Part shown: positions 8,143 through 20,520 of the stretch, one piece after another
Numbering within the stretch: position 1 is the stretch's first letter
Layout of the letters: each line of letters opens with the position of its first letter
Origin: Euglena gracilis
Taxonomy: Eukaryota
Reading direction: 5' to 3'
DNA length: 64,000 bases
Assembly: GCA_039621445.1 (NCBI GenBank)
Contig: CP154954.1
Span: 39,269,816 to 39,333,815 of the forward strand
Program-made: the position numbers and the translations under genes
The notes under the pieces: model-generated
What the model was told of the DNA's origin: nothing
Databases searched by the model: none
Seen by the model: only the letters and a program-made list of their open reading frames with translations

Positions 8143-11100
8143 TGGTAGCAGAGGCAAAACTGGGAATTTTTCCACACCACAAGGCGTTGGTGAAAGACAG
8201 CCCCGACCTGATTTTTTTGCGGGGTGTTGAAAGACGGAGGGGTCCGCAAAAATTCAGGGATGACACAAAATTTTCAGTGGACAATGTGACTGTGGCGGAC
8301 GGGTCTTCGTTTGGGTTGCAAAAACTTGGTCTTTGTTTGCCATTGGAAGGGTTGGACCAGGAATTGCAATTTTTGAGCGATGAGGACCTGGGGGAGGTAG
8401 CCACAAATTTGGAGGGAAGTGACCCCCCAGTGCAAGTTATCAACCGAATGATAATTGCAAGGGAGGGGGAGGACAAAAAAGAGGATGAACGGGTAGTCAA
8501 GTTGAGGGAACAAGTTTTGGAAGATTACCGGGGGACGGTATTTCGGTCATCGCCATTTCCAGACCCCCCCGAAAGAGGACAATATGGTTATGCATACATA
8601 CCTTTGAAGGAGGGGGCAAAGCCAACCAGACAGAAACCTTTTTTCATGCACGGTGAGCGGAAAGAGGCACTTGAAAAAATCACACAAGACTGGCTAGAAA
8701 AAAAATACATTGAGCCAGCCACAGCCAAAAATTCTGAATGGCTGTCCCAGACTTTTCCAGTTCCAAAAAAATCCAACGATTTTCCTTGGAGGGGGGTGGT
8801 GGACCTCAGGGGGCCAAACAGCCAAACAAGGCGATGCAACTACCCCCTACCCAAAATTGAAGACATTTTGGTCAAACATGGTGCAAACCAAATGTTTTCG
8901 ATCATCGATTTGAAGCAAGCTTTTCATCAACAACCCCTACACCCAGAAAGTCGACCCATAACGTGTTGTTTCACCCCCAAAGGGATTTTTCAGTGGAGGG
9001 TGAACGTAATGGGTTTGACAAATGCCCCCCAACAATTTCAGCAAATGATCGATGACCGTTTGACACCAGTAAGGGATATCGCCACAGGGTATATAGACGA
9101 CATACTGGTGGGGACAACGGTCGGGGAAGGGGAGGATCTAGTGGGGGCACACGAAAAAGATTTGAGGAGGGTGTTGGAAGTGCTCAAAACAGAACTTTTG
9201 GTGGCTGATGAATTCAAAGCCAAACTTTTTGTGGAGGAGGTTGAATTTTGTGGACAAATTTTAGGAAACGGGACTAGGAGGCCTGCACCGGGTAAGTTAC
9301 GAGCGATCGAAAAGTGGGAGATTCCAAAAACAATTACGGCTTTGAGAGCCTTTTTGGGATTCACAAATTATTACAATGCATACATTCACATGTATGCGGA
9401 AGTAGCTGCCCGGTTGCAAGACAAATTGAAAGTCCCCAGGGAGGTGGGAAAGAAAGGAAGTCGAAAACCTGTGGAATTTGATGGGGAGGATTTAAAAGCT
9501 TTTGAGGAGCTGAAAAAAAGGTTGTGTTCGGGCCTAATGTTGCAACGGGTAGACCCAGATAAACCCTTTGTGCTAAGGGTTGATGCCAGTGGGTACGCCG
9601 TGGGGGCAACGTTAGAGCAAATGAAGGAGGGGGGAGGAAGACCCACAGCCCAGGATGTGATTGAGAAAAAAACTGTGCCAGTGGCTTTTATGTCTCGAAA
9701 ATTGACCGAGGGGCAAAGAAAATGGACCCCCAGGGAGTTGGAGACGTACGCCATAATTTTGGCACTACAAAAATGGGAAAGTTGGATTGGATTGCAACCC
9801 GTTTTGGTTTTAACCGACCACCAAAGTTTGGAGTCTTGGACAAGGGAGGTCCTAGACACCCCCAGTGGTCCGGTTGGGAGGAGGGCGAGATGGCATCAAA
9901 TTTTCTCCAAGTATGACTTGACGGTGGGATATATCCCGGGTAAAGAAAATACCATAGCCGATATCCTTAGTCGGTGGGCGTACCCAGCTTCACAGGCCTT
10001 AAGGGATATAAGTAAGCACGGGTCAGCCGAAGACAAGGATGAAATGGAAAATTTTATCCGGGAGGAAAAAGAAGAGGAAAAACAGTGTTTGGAGATAAGA
10101 ATCAAAAACCAGCCCAATGTACGTAATGCCTGGATACGAGGGGTGACAACCCGTAGTGGCAAAAACGTAACACCCGAGGAGGAAAAAGGAGAGTGCACAA
10201 GGAGGGGAACCGAGGGTGGGGTAGACCCAGGAGGAAAAGACACCCCTGTGGACACCCACTCACAAGGGCCCAGGAAAGAAAAGAAACGAGTTCATTTTTG
10301 GGATGAGAAAGTGGGGGGGGAGACGACCCCTGTCCCGGAGACGGCTGAAAGTTCGAGGGGGGACACTTGTATGGAAGTGGGGGACGCCCTGCCAAGTACG
10401 ACCCCTAAGGATATTAAGCCCGTATGGGAGCGTGATTGGGGGGAAGCATATTCCCGATGCCCCACATGGAAAGAAAAATGGGAGGCTACCAAAGGTGATT
10501 CAGTTTGGCCCAAAAGCTATAAAGTCTTGAACGGTCAACTGTTTTTCGAGGAAAAGTTGTGTGTGCCTGAAAGTTTCCAACACTTGGTGATTCAAGAAAA
10601 TCACGAGTTTTTGGGGCACGTTGGCCCTGAAAAAGTTTGGAAACACATGACAATCCGTTTTGTTTGGGCTGATGAAAAGGCTGCAAAGCAACTCAACCAA
10701 AATTGCAGCAAAAACTGTTCCACATGCCAAGCGAGTGTGAGGGGGGAGAGTTTGAAAGGACCGATCGAGTCCACACCCATACCCCCTGCACTAATGACAA
10801 GTGTTGCCATCGATTTGTTTCGGATGCCAAGGGTTTTACACGATGGGGGGGAGTATGACACCCTAGCCCTTTGTGTGGATAGGCATTCGGGTTGGATTGT
10901 GGGGGTTGCATGCAAGGACAAGGGATTGACCGGTGCCAAGTTGGCTAAGGAAATGGTGAAAAATCAGTGGAGGCCTTTTGGGGTTCCCTCGGTCATCTCA
11001 AGTGACCAAGGGAGCCATTTCACAAGCACTTGGTGGAAAAACATGTGTGCGCTTTTGGGGATTAGGCAAGCGTATTCCCAAGCATACCACCACCAAGCAA

Positions 11101-11903
11101 ACGGGAGGGTTGAGAGAGCCGGACAACAGGTAATGGAGGTGTTGAGAAAATTGTATATAAAAAAAAAAATTAATTGGGTTGAAGCTTTACCCCAAGTTTT
11201 GGACCGAATTCATGACGTAAAAGGGGAAAGCGGATTGAGCCCATATGAAATTGTGACGGGAAGGGAAAGACCATTGGCAGGGGTACCCTACCAACCACCC
11301 AAAGAATGTGAGGATTCGGTGGAGTTTTTCCGAAGGATGCAAGACATTGATGGGAGGGTGGCTAGGATACTCAACAAAAAACATGAGGAGGAGGTGGCAA
11401 GGATAAATAAGGGGAGGAAAGAAATGGAACCCCTAAAGGTGGGGATGATGGTTTGGTATAGGAGACCCGAAGGGTCGGGTGATAAGCTTGACTCTAGGTG
11501 GGTGGGACCTGGGGTCGTGAAGGGTAGAGAAGGGGAACGGAGTTATGTTATCGAAATGAAATCTGGGGTGGAGACAAAAGCTCATAGGAGTTTTTTGAAG
11601 GAATATCGAGAACCCCAAGTGGAAGGTAAGGGGGTGCCTCTTTTTTATTATAAACGGACCGAAAAAGAAGAAGAGGCATTACCTGATGAGTGGGAGGTGG
11701 AAAAAATTCTAAAGCACCGGAAAGGAAAGGATGGAAAGTGGGAATTTTTGACAAAGTGGGTCGGATATGAGGATGGGGAGGAAACCTGGGAACCGGCTGG
11801 AAATTTCATTCACAGATTTAGTGAAGAGTTTGTGAAATATTGTCGTGAGAAAAAAGTGAAAGTGGACGTAATGTCCGAATTAAAAATTGACGGTGGGCCA
11901 TAA
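7869..11903 (+). CDS. pol: Chimeric ORF: LTR-encoded leader fused in frame to protease tail-RT-RNaseH-integrase-chromodomain (1344 aa)
   Basis: Uninterrupted ORF. From ...VAEAKLGIFPHH onward it is nearly identical to the first pol. Confidence 0.85.
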   Translation: MADLSVFTKFSETVQKTILRTGWGWGNHLGEQTGVDLSPPNPGESAGPTPETPPPLSVVLPTGEDPPGPSARRDSAVAEATDSPGVADPVNMVAEAKLGIFPHHKALVKDSPDLIFLRGVERRRGPQKFRDDTKFSVDNVTVADGSSFGLQKLGLCLPLEGLDQELQFLSDEDLGEVATNLEGSDPPVQVINRMIIAREGEDKKEDERVVKLREQVLEDYRGTVFRSSPFPDPPERGQYGYAYIPLKEGAKPTRQKPFFMHGERKEALEKITQDWLEKKYIEPATAKNSEWLSQTFPVPKKSNDFPWRGVVDLRGPNSQTRRCNYPLPKIEDILVKHGANQMFSIIDLKQAFHQQPLHPESRPITCCFTPKGIFQWRVNVMGLTNAPQQFQQMIDDRLTPVRDIATGYIDDILVGTTVGEGEDLVGAHEKDLRRVLEVLKTELLVADEFKAKLFVEEVEFCGQILGNGTRRPAPGKLRAIEKWEIPKTITALRAFLGFTNYYNAYIHMYAEVAARLQDKLKVPREVGKKGSRKPVEFDGEDLKAFEELKKRLCSGLMLQRVDPDKPFVLRVDASGYAVGATLEQMKEGGGRPTAQDVIEKKTVPVAFMSRKLTEGQRKWTPRELETYAIILALQKWESWIGLQPVLVLTDHQSLESWTREVLDTPSGPVGRRARWHQIFSKYDLTVGYIPGKENTIADILSRWAYPASQALRDISKHGSAEDKDEMENFIREEKEEEKQCLEIRIKNQPNVRNAWIRGVTTRSGKNVTPEEEKGECTRRGTEGGVDPGGKDTPVDTHSQGPRKEKKRVHFWDEKVGGETTPVPETAESSRGDTCMEVGDALPSTTPKDIKPVWERDWGEAYSRCPTWKEKWEATKGDSVWPKSYKVLNGQLFFEEKLCVPESFQHLVIQENHEFLGHVGPEKVWKHMTIRFVWADEKAAKQLNQNCSKNCSTCQASVRGESLKGPIESTPIPPALMTSVAIDLFRMPRVLHDGGEYDTLALCVDRHSGWIVGVACKDKGLTGAKLAKEMVKNQWRPFGVPSVISSDQGSHFTSTWWKNMCALLGIRQAYSQAYHHQANGRVERAGQQVMEVLRKLYIKKKINWVEALPQVLDRIHDVKGESGLSPYEIVTGRERPLAGVPYQPPKECEDSVEFFRRMQDIDGRVARILNKKHEEEVARINKGRKEMEPLKVGMMVWYRRPEGSGDKLDSRWVGPGVVKGREGERSYVIEMKSGVETKAHRSFLKEYREPQVEGKGVPLFYYKRTEKEEEALPDEWEVEKILKHRKGKDGKWEFLTKWVGYEDGEETWEPAGNFIHRFSEEFVKYCREKKVKVDVMSELKIDGGP
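8143..8153 (+). promoter_or_regulatory. Primer binding site, tRNA-iMet
   Basis: TGGTAGCAGAG directly after the LTR-terminal CA, complementary to the 3' end of eukaryotic initiator tRNA-Met (...CUCUGCUACCA). Confidence 0.85.
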
Positions 11904-11956
11904 GCTCTTGAGAGAGCTAGGAGGCCTTGACTCAAGATTAAGGGAAGGCAAAGTGC

Positions 11957-14002
11957 TGTTTTTCACCCATCATTAAAATTCCAAATCCGGATTTGCATGT
12001 CTGTGTGTGTGCTCGCGCGCACGTGTGTGTGCGCAAATGCGCATGAGTGTGTGGAGGAGGGAATGGTCACACCCAAGCAACAAGAATCTGCCATGGAAAG
12101 AGAATGGAGAAAGGCAGAAAAAGGCCCCGCACGGGGGCCGGAGTGCAAAGGGGCACCACTGTATATACACCGCCCATTTATTATATTGCCGTTCGCTGTC
12201 CCTCTTCCCATCCCTTCCCTCTCCCTACCCCTCGCGTTGCTTCCCCTCGCATCACAGTTATGCGGTGGTGTTATAAGGGTTCCACAAATCATTCGGATGA
12301 GGATGGATTACACCATGGTTGGGAGTCCATGGTCACATTATGAACCCCCACTCGGTTTGTTAAGGGGACAGAGTTTTGACAAAAATTCCCCCGGCCCGAG
12401 GAGGGGGGGGAGGGCGCCTTGATTTTTTGATAAAAATTCCCCCGGCCCGAGGAGGGGGGGGGGCGCCTCGATTTTTTGACAAAAATCCCCCCGGCCCGAG
12501 GAGGGGGGGGGGGCGTTCGATTTTTTGACAAAAATCCCCCCGGCCAGAGGGGGGGCGCCTCGATTTTTTGACAAAAACCCCCCCGGCCCGAGGGGGGGGG
12601 GGGGCGCCTCGATTTTTTGACAAAAATCCCCCCGGCCCGAGGAGGGGGGGGGGCGTTCGAGTTTTTTGACAAAAATCCCCCCGGCCCGAGGAGGTGGGGG
12701 GGGGGGGGGCTGGGGGGGGGGGCGCTTGATTTTTTGACAAAAATCCCCCCGGCCCGAGGAGGGGGGGGGGGCGCCTTGAATTTTTTTGGACAAAAATCCC
12801 CCCGGCCCGAGGAGGGGGGGGGCGTTCGATTTTTTTGACAAAAATTCCCCCGACCCGAAAAGGGGGGGGGCGCCAACCGAATTTTTACCAAAAATCCCCC
12901 GACCCGTTGGAAGGGGGGGGGCAGAACTTGGTGAAGACCCTCATACCACCCGTGAGAAGCGGGGGGGGGGGGGGCAGCCTAATATTCATTGGTTGGTGAA
13001 CCAAGTCTTTCCCAAAGGTTTGAAGGCACTTGAAAGCCATAGTCCCTGAAGTTTGTTTCCCATTTGTTGATTCAAGGAAGAATGGGTGTGGGACATAGGC
13101 TTTAGATGAAAGAGTGCCGAATGGAGGATTTCCCCCCCATTGTTGAGGAACGGGGGGGGGGACGAATTTTTTGGTGTCCGACTAAGGTCGCAAGGGAGGG
13201 GGTGTCGGCCGCCGGCTTGCGCCGGCAGCCAAAAATTGCCAGAAGGCGCAAATTTCAAAGTCGCGGCTAACAGCCAATCAGTTAAAAAAACCCGCGACTT
13301 AAATTGGAAGCGGGTCAAATTTCGAAGCGCCTTCGAATTTGTTTTTTTTCACAGAAATTGAGGGGTTTTCCCCAATATTTGGCAAGAAGGGATACTTTGA
13401 AGTTGAATTTGTCATTTGGACTTTGAATCGGAGTATCAAGTTGAGTTTCATTGTTGGTCATTGATCTATTGAAGTCAATTGTTGTGAAGGAGCCTTTAAC
13501 ACCACCGCCCACCTCCCTATATCCCCGCCATCTTCACCTCCGTCTTCGCCTCCGACGACCACTCCTTACCCCAGGTTTGCACATTCCAAAGTTTGCACAT
13601 TTCACAGTTTTCAGTTTCTCAATTCAAGGTCCCAAAGTCCCAAAGTGGGTTGGTTTGTGGTTGGCCTTTGGGTTGGTTTGCCATCAAGGTGTGTGTGAGA
13701 GAGAGAAGTGAGATTTGCAATGCAAATGGCAGATTTTTCGATTTTGAGCAAAATTTCGGAAACCGCTAAAAAAACGATCCTACGCGCCGGCTGGGGTTGG
13801 GGAAACCACCTGGGTGAAAAAAAGGGGGTTGACTTGAGCCCACCAACCCCCGGAGAAAGCGCAGGCCCCACCCCGGAAACACCCACCCCCCTGCTGTCGG
13901 TGGTCCTCCCCACCGGCGAGGACCCCCCGGGGCCCTCGGCCCGAAGGGACTCGGCGGTCGCGGGGGCGACCGGCAGTCCGGGGGTGGCGAACCCGGTAAA
14001 CA
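11957..14002 (+). repeat. Family A 3' LTR
   Basis: Copy of 6118-8142 ending GGTAAACA. Contains the same tandem array (~12374-12925). The last ~310 bp are diverged from the first LTR. Confidence 0.88.
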
Positions 14003-14071
14003 ATTTGCCCCGGGGGGTATAAACGCGTAACATTCACATAAAACACACACATTCTCCAAAACGAAATCTTT

Positions 14072-17000
14072 TCAGAAAGTGTTATTGTTTATGTCTATGT
14101 TATTGCGCTTGTTTCACAGCTTCCAATCCTGCTGGATATATCCAAAAAAACTGGATGCTGGCTCCCAAGTGTCCTCCTCTGGCCCATACCCTTTCCAGCG
14201 AACTTTCCAGTAGTGCACACCCCTGTCGACCTTGTGGTCTATTATCTTATCGACCACAAAGTCGTCCGTTTCAGGTAATCTGGAACGGGGCTTGAAATAT
14301 AAGCAGGGGATAGCTTTTCCGTCTGGGGGGTTTAGGTACGGTTTGAAATCGTCCATATGGACGTCCTCAATCCCGTTGGGCAAGGCAACTTTACATCGCC
14401 CGCTACTTCCTAACCTGTTCAAAATTTCGCATGGGACGAGCCAAAGAGGATGTAGCTTGGAAGATTGCATGCGGGTGCGGTTATTCCGTACCCACACGCG
14501 GTCACCTGGACTATACACAGGTGTGTTGAAATTTTGTAAAAACGATTTCCGTTTGTTGGAATGAATTTCTGTGATACGTGATTGGACTGCAGAGCGGAGT
14601 TGATTCCACTTCTGCAAACCACGTTTCACAGCTAACACTACTTCGGGCGGGTCTCTCCGAGGGGATATCTCCTATGGCCGGAGGGTCTCGTCCGAAAACA
14701 ATTTTCTACGGTGAGTGTGGTAATACCAACCCTGGCAAGGTATTGATGTAAAATAAACACCAATGAAGAATGGGTATCGAATTCTTACCCGAGTCAGCCA
14801 GTGAAAGGCGTAGCATATTGACAACGGATTTCACGGCTGCCTCAGCTCCACCGTTGCCTTTCGGGCGGTATATAATGGACAAATGCTGCTCAATGCCGAG
14901 TAAACCGCACAAAGTTGTGAAAAACCGCGACGAGATCAAGTGATCTTGATCACTCACGATTTCGTTCGGTAAACCCATTAAGCAGATTCATTTCTCCAGG
15001 AATATGGATGCCAAAATTTGGGCTGTCAACCCTTCTTTCCGGCATGGAATGGCTACTATGTACCCACTCAGCCGACAGACAACAACGAAAACGTAATCGT
15101 AAATTTTGTCATCTGATAGTTTGCAAGGTTCAAGTTCCAGAAAATCCATGCAGAGTGACGTAAAAATGTCCGGTGGTACGGGGAAAAAATCCATCGTACC
15201 AGGGGGGGTGCCTCTGCGCGATTTCACAGCCTGACAAATTGGGCACCGCTGCGAAATTCGCAAACAGCGCGAATATAAATCTTTTTCACTCAGGGTTGTG
15301 CAATACCTGCGACCCACCAGTGAAAGAAGTTTGGGGGCCCCAGGGTGACCATGGTTGTGATAGCTCAAAATTACATCATCAACCAGGTCTTGGGGTATAC
15401 AATATTTATAACCAGAATCATTCCGGAAAAAAAGTCGCAATGGTGATAGAGAGTAGTTCTCTATGGATTCACCATTACGGAGTCTATTCACAATGGTACT
15501 ATATACAGGGTCACGCGAATAATCCCATTCGCGGAAAAATAGGGGGGTAGGAGTTTCCGTACGCGTAATGTGACGGGGTCCGGCAGTGCGTCCAAGCCGG
15601 CGCCTTCCACGCAATGGTGAAATGGCGACGCTTCGATACACCCGGGAAACGGGTAGTGAATCGAGCATGTTGTCGGCAGCGCCGGATCGACGTGCGAACT
15701 GGTCAGCCTCATGGCTGCCATGAAAAGTCGCATCACCCTCATCAGGGTTCCCAGGATAATACCAGGGGGCTCGGCTGAGAGGATCCGCCACTTTTTGCGT
15801 ACGACCTGGGATATATACTACCACCAGGTTAAACTGGCTCAAGAACTCATGCCATCGGCATCGTCTGCCAACTGATGACATGGCCTTGTTCAGGTCCTCG
15901 GTATACCAGTGTTGAAGGCTCTCATGATCTGTCAACACCAGTATCTGGACCAGGCTGCTGGCTATCCAGCTGCGGAATTTCTGGAGAATTAGCACAATGG
16001 CATATGTCTCCTTTTCGCGAGTGCTCCATTTAACCTGTCCTTTCCCATTGTCGCACTGTAGCTTCCTGCTGAAGAGAGCCACAGGTCGGAGTTCATTTGC
16101 CGCATTATGCTGGCTAAGAACCCCGCCAACAGCGTAATCGCTGCTGTCGACCTCCAGGACGTACGATTTGTATGGATCCGCGATATCGAGAACCACGTTC
16201 TCGAGGAGCAAGTCCTTGATTTTATTCAAGGCCTCGCGCATTTGGTCATCCCAAATGACTTTTGCGTTATCGGGTGTCCGATTTTTAAGTTGTCGGGTTA
16301 GGGGTACCGCGATTTTCGCGAAATCTGTCATCGCGTAGTATTGGGCTAATCCCAAAAATCCCTTTAAATGCGTTAAGGTCTTAATGACCTCAGGAGTCCA
16401 TTTCTTAGTGGCCTCCATCTTGCTGTGTGCAGCTTTACGCTGGCCGTTGCTCAGGATATGCCCGCAAAACTTAATAATTTTGCGAAACAGGTGCATTTTG
16501 GAACCCTTGACAAAAAGCACGTGCTTTTTGAACGCGGATAATACCGCCCGCACATCGCGATAATGCGGTTCGAGGATATCCTTGCCCTATTTCGCGGATG
16601 GCGGTGGGGTTCCCACCAGTACATCATCGATGTACACCAGAGCAAACGGTAATTCGCGCAAAACCCACTGGATCATGCGTTGAAACATGGCTGGGCCATT
16701 CTTAACACCCATGGGGAGTACCGTCCATTGGTACACACCCTTGGATGTCACGAATGCCGTGTACGGTTGTGAGTAAGGGTGCAAGTGCATCTGATGAAAA
16801 CCGTCTTCTACATCAAAGATTGACCACAACCGGTTATCCGATTGTTTGGTGATCAAATCCTCGATCAGCAGTAACGGGAAGAGGTCATCCTTCGTTTGGG
16901 AGTTCAGGTACCGGTAATCCAGCACCAGCCTGCACTTCTTCTGACCAGACTGGTCAGCGGGTTTGGGCACCACAAAAGCTTGTGATGTCCATTCGCTCTT

Positions 17001-18824
17001 GGAAGGGATAATCCACTTCCGCTGGATGAGCTTCTCAATCATCTCGTTGAGAGCTTGTTCGCGTTTAACCGAACAACGGAAGAATTTCCGGTGCATGGGC
17101 TCAGCGCCATCCTTGAGCTCGATTTTGCAAACACCGAACGGACCGCGAATCGCGGGGTCGATGTCGCAGGCGTAAACTGGGTTATCCAGTACACCATGGA
17201 ATTCGCGAGTAATTCGCGAACAATAGTCAGCAGACTTGGGGTGTTGGTCCGCACGCTCAATAACCGCAGAAATCTGCGTTGAGGGTGTGGCATCCCTACT
17301 GGTACCAAGGTATCTTGGCACACGCAAATCGGATATTCCGAATGCGTCGAAGAAACAAACGCCAAAAATGATTTCTTTAACAGGTGGTAATAATATACCA
17401 CAAAAATCCCCGAATAGTGGTACATCAGCGGGTAAATCCCACCAATGAAAACATACATAGGAGAATTGGTGAAACCAATGCGCATTCGGATTGGCGGGTG
17501 TGAGGAGAGCTCCTCGCGCTTCATCGCGGAGCATTTTCCCACCACATCCGGAAAAAGTGTAGGGGGAGGGTTCAACCAAAGCACCGTATCATCCCAAAAC
17601 TTAAGAAATGCGTTGGAGTGTCGCGACCAATATCGCGACAAGCGCGCGTGCGCTTGTGATAAAAACGCATAAATTTTCAACAATAAAGCGAAGGAATCGG
17701 CCAAAACCGCGATTTTGGAGAACCATTCCTCCAAAATACGGTATTGACCAAAATTGAATGCGTTCCATACGCGCATCGCGTGTGTGTCAACCTGGTTTGC
17801 GGGTTGAAGAGCGGTAATGCAATTCAGGGATCCGCAAACATAGGCCAAGGGTGTGTCATCCACACTCCTAAGGGGCATTCCCAAGGAATGATGGGTTGGA
17901 TGGGTGCATACCCAGTCCATATCATGCCAGATGGAGGTGGTGGAGGTGTGTGACACGGATTTCGCGGTCCCAAACAACAAGGCAATACCTCGTTGTTGCA
18001 GCACTTGATGTTCGGTCGCGCATTGTGATCCGCAACCAAGTGTATGGGTTCGCGAAATCGGTATTAGTGTTGATGTTTGGACTAAACATCCACAATCGAA
18101 ATCTCGCTGGGCGGAAATTCTCCTACAGTGCACACATTGGTAGTAAGTGTCGGAGTAGTGGTCCTGGTCGCGCATGTTGGTCTGGTGGGGTTGTTCGTAA
18201 AAGTTGGGTTGCGCTTGTGTAGCTGCTGGGGGGCGTACAGGTGTATCTGAAAGCGATACATCTGGCAGAAAACGGGGTATTGGTGCACCTGAGCGACTAC
18301 TCGACACCGTGATCACTTCAGGCCTTTGGGATTTCGTCTTGTAACCCAGTGGAACGAGGGCTACCGCTACTTGCTTGCCCTGCCTCATGGGGAACGGAAG
18401 TTGGTGTGTCAATGGGCAGGGGGTGAACTTTCTCGGTACACCCGGTGTGGAAAACGTTGGTAGGTGTGGTTGGTAACGGGGTAAAAGTTTTCGAAAACGG
18501 TGTGGAAAAATTGGTGGCTGTCGTGGTTGACGCCACAGGTGATGAGGGTTTGGGGGGCAATGAAGAGAACGGTGATGTGCGGAAACCGTTGGAGTGGCAA
18601 TCCACTACCAGCCGGTGCTGACGTAAAAAGGGGCATCCCAGAATTACGTCAGACCCATGCATTCCGGATTCTTATCCCCAGGTATCCGGAAAATTTTGCG
18701 GTTGGGGGGGTGTGAGTGGTGCTTGGGGATGAGGGGTAGGACTAAGTCCAAAATGCATCCCAAGTCACCATCGCACATGGGGGTGTTGTCAGCCGTTGTA
18801 ATTTTGATCCGCTTCTTGGCTTTC
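14072..18824 (-). pseudogene. pol: Family B pol (PR C-term, Dam-like MTase, RT, RNase H, integrase, chromodomain) with stops and frameshifts
   Basis: Fragments: DVILGCPFL, WLNPPP, LPMG...YIDD, VDSSDYAVGG/LTDH, HNHGH...[17 protein letters not shown]...RWKGY...TWEP. Confidence 0.9.
17340..17760 (-). other. Dam-like N6-adenine MTase domain between PR and RT (degenerate)
   Basis: YAFLSQAHAR (eroded DAF motif), FWDDTVLWLNPPP, ARGALLTP...HW; homologous to 40975-41400. Confidence 0.7.
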
Positions 18825-19258
18825 AGTGTACGTCCCCTGACTCTATTCCCACTGCCTGTCGGCCTACTTACACCCTCCCGTGGGAACAGAACCAGGAGAG
18901 TAACAAAAAAGAAAGTCTTTCACTTAACTATTAGTTTTTATTGCCTTTGGGCTTATGCAGAGCACAAGGCAGGTGGAGGAGCCCTATGGGCTACGGAAAT
19001 CGATGCCAAGTTCTTGGCTGTCCTTTCCGGACTTCAAATCAGAAAAATCAAACTTGAAACTCAAGTCTTGAATCAAAGACCAGAATGGAATAAAATAATA
19101 CCACCTGTGAAAAGAGAAGGCAGATCCGAGATAGGATAGGCCATTCCTAATTCTGCAATTTGTATTGCAGAACCTGGAATGATACTATCTGGCATGCCAC
19201 TGTACATTCTGCAGATTGCTGCTATGCACAGTGCCATGTTCATGCTGCCTGGTACACA
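18825..19258 (-). repeat. 3' LTR of gag-only element
   Basis: Direct repeat of 27359-27792. On the minus strand it reads TGTGTACCAGGC...GACGTACACT and is preceded by the PPT GGGAGGGGA (19259-19267 region). Confidence 0.93.
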
Positions 19259-20421
19259 TCCCCCTCCCAGGGCTTTGCCCGATTTCCTTAATGGACCAGG
19301 CCAGCAAGGATTCAAGCATAGCTCTAAGACTGAGGAATGTACACCAGGAAAGCATATCTTGGGTCTGCTTCTCCATCACAAGGTAAAAAACCAGAAAGGG
19401 AAGGAAGGAAGAGAGGGGAACCCAAAAAACCCAAAACGCGCAAAAGAGGTTACCCGCTTATGCGGCTACCTACTTATTGCGGTAAAGGGGTGGAAGTGGA
19501 AGAGCCCACTTGGAAAGTGGGGCTGGAAGGTTTCCATTCCAGAAAGTCCCATCCACCCGGTTTGGGGTGTGTCTATGACACGCGGGGAGGTCTCATTCCA
19601 TAATCGGAAAAGATTGAAGGGTAGGGTGTGGAAGGAGGGGCACCTGGCCAGTCATACCTGACCAGGGAGGAAAGCCTATTTACAAAACCAACTGCCGGCG
19701 ACAGCGATTTTGCCCGGGGGGGAAAGGGGAGAGGGGTGGGGGGCTGGTCTAAAGACCTTACAAAGAATTTTTGCTGTCTGGCAGTCTTATGGGGGCCTTA
19801 AGGCCGAAAAGTAACAAGTTGGCCCTATTATTACGGTGTGCGCGCTGTACGCTGTGCGTCTTCTTACTGCGGCATATACCGCTGTGAAGTCTTCACAGTG
19901 CAGCGCGAGCACGATGTTGTCGATGGGGTATCCCCAGAGGCGTATACCTCATAATAGCGGGCAGTAGCCCTAAAAACTGTAGATTTGGCATTTGTGCCAT
20001 GGGTGTGCAGCCTGTAGGCTGAAGGGTTGGCATTAGCCAAAAATAATGGGGGGGGTAGGCTTTATCGCCCAGAAACATTGCCTTGCGGAATATGCATGGC
20101 ACAAAAATACTAATGGGTGTATACCCGAATCAAAAATTTCGGCAGATTGCCAAAAAGATCATACTGATGTGTACAACCGCAGAAAAAAAAATGCGGAATT
20201 GTGGCAGGGTGCTGCCAAATCACAGAACAACTGTGGTTGGTGTGGCTTATACCACTTTGAAAAACCGCAAATGAACTGTGAATGCACATAAAAGGATGGA
20301 ACATTGTTCCAGTGCGGTGAAATTCATCACAAAAAGCCGGATTTCACCATTTTTGAGCTATGGTTCTTATAAACCTTGCAGAATGACACCATTGGTGTTG
20401 CACATGATGACCTTTGGGTCT

Positions 20422-20520
20422 TCCGAATTATATCGGTAAGGGGATCCCACTGAATGAAGTGGGGGGGGGTCCGAATTATATCGGTAAGGGGGTCCCACTG
20501 AATAAAGTGGGGGGGGGGGG
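20422..20520. repeat. 49 bp tandem duplication
   Basis: CCGAATTATATCGGTAAGGGG(A/G)TCCCACTGAAT(G/A)AAGTG(G)n occurs twice. Confidence 0.85.

Larger units (their letters stand above)
6118..14002 (+). mobile_element. Internally deleted tandem copy of family A (LTR-PBS-delta-RT-RH-IN-chromo-LTR)
   Basis: 8148-11956 is a near-identical copy of 2309-6117 (offset 5839). Gag, both methyltransferases and most of the protease are missing. Confidence 0.9.

Noticed and set aside
2309-14002. Pure assembly duplication
   Set aside because: The copies differ by substitutions, have distinct LTR 3' ends, and join at a mechanistically sensible PBS junction; read support is still needed
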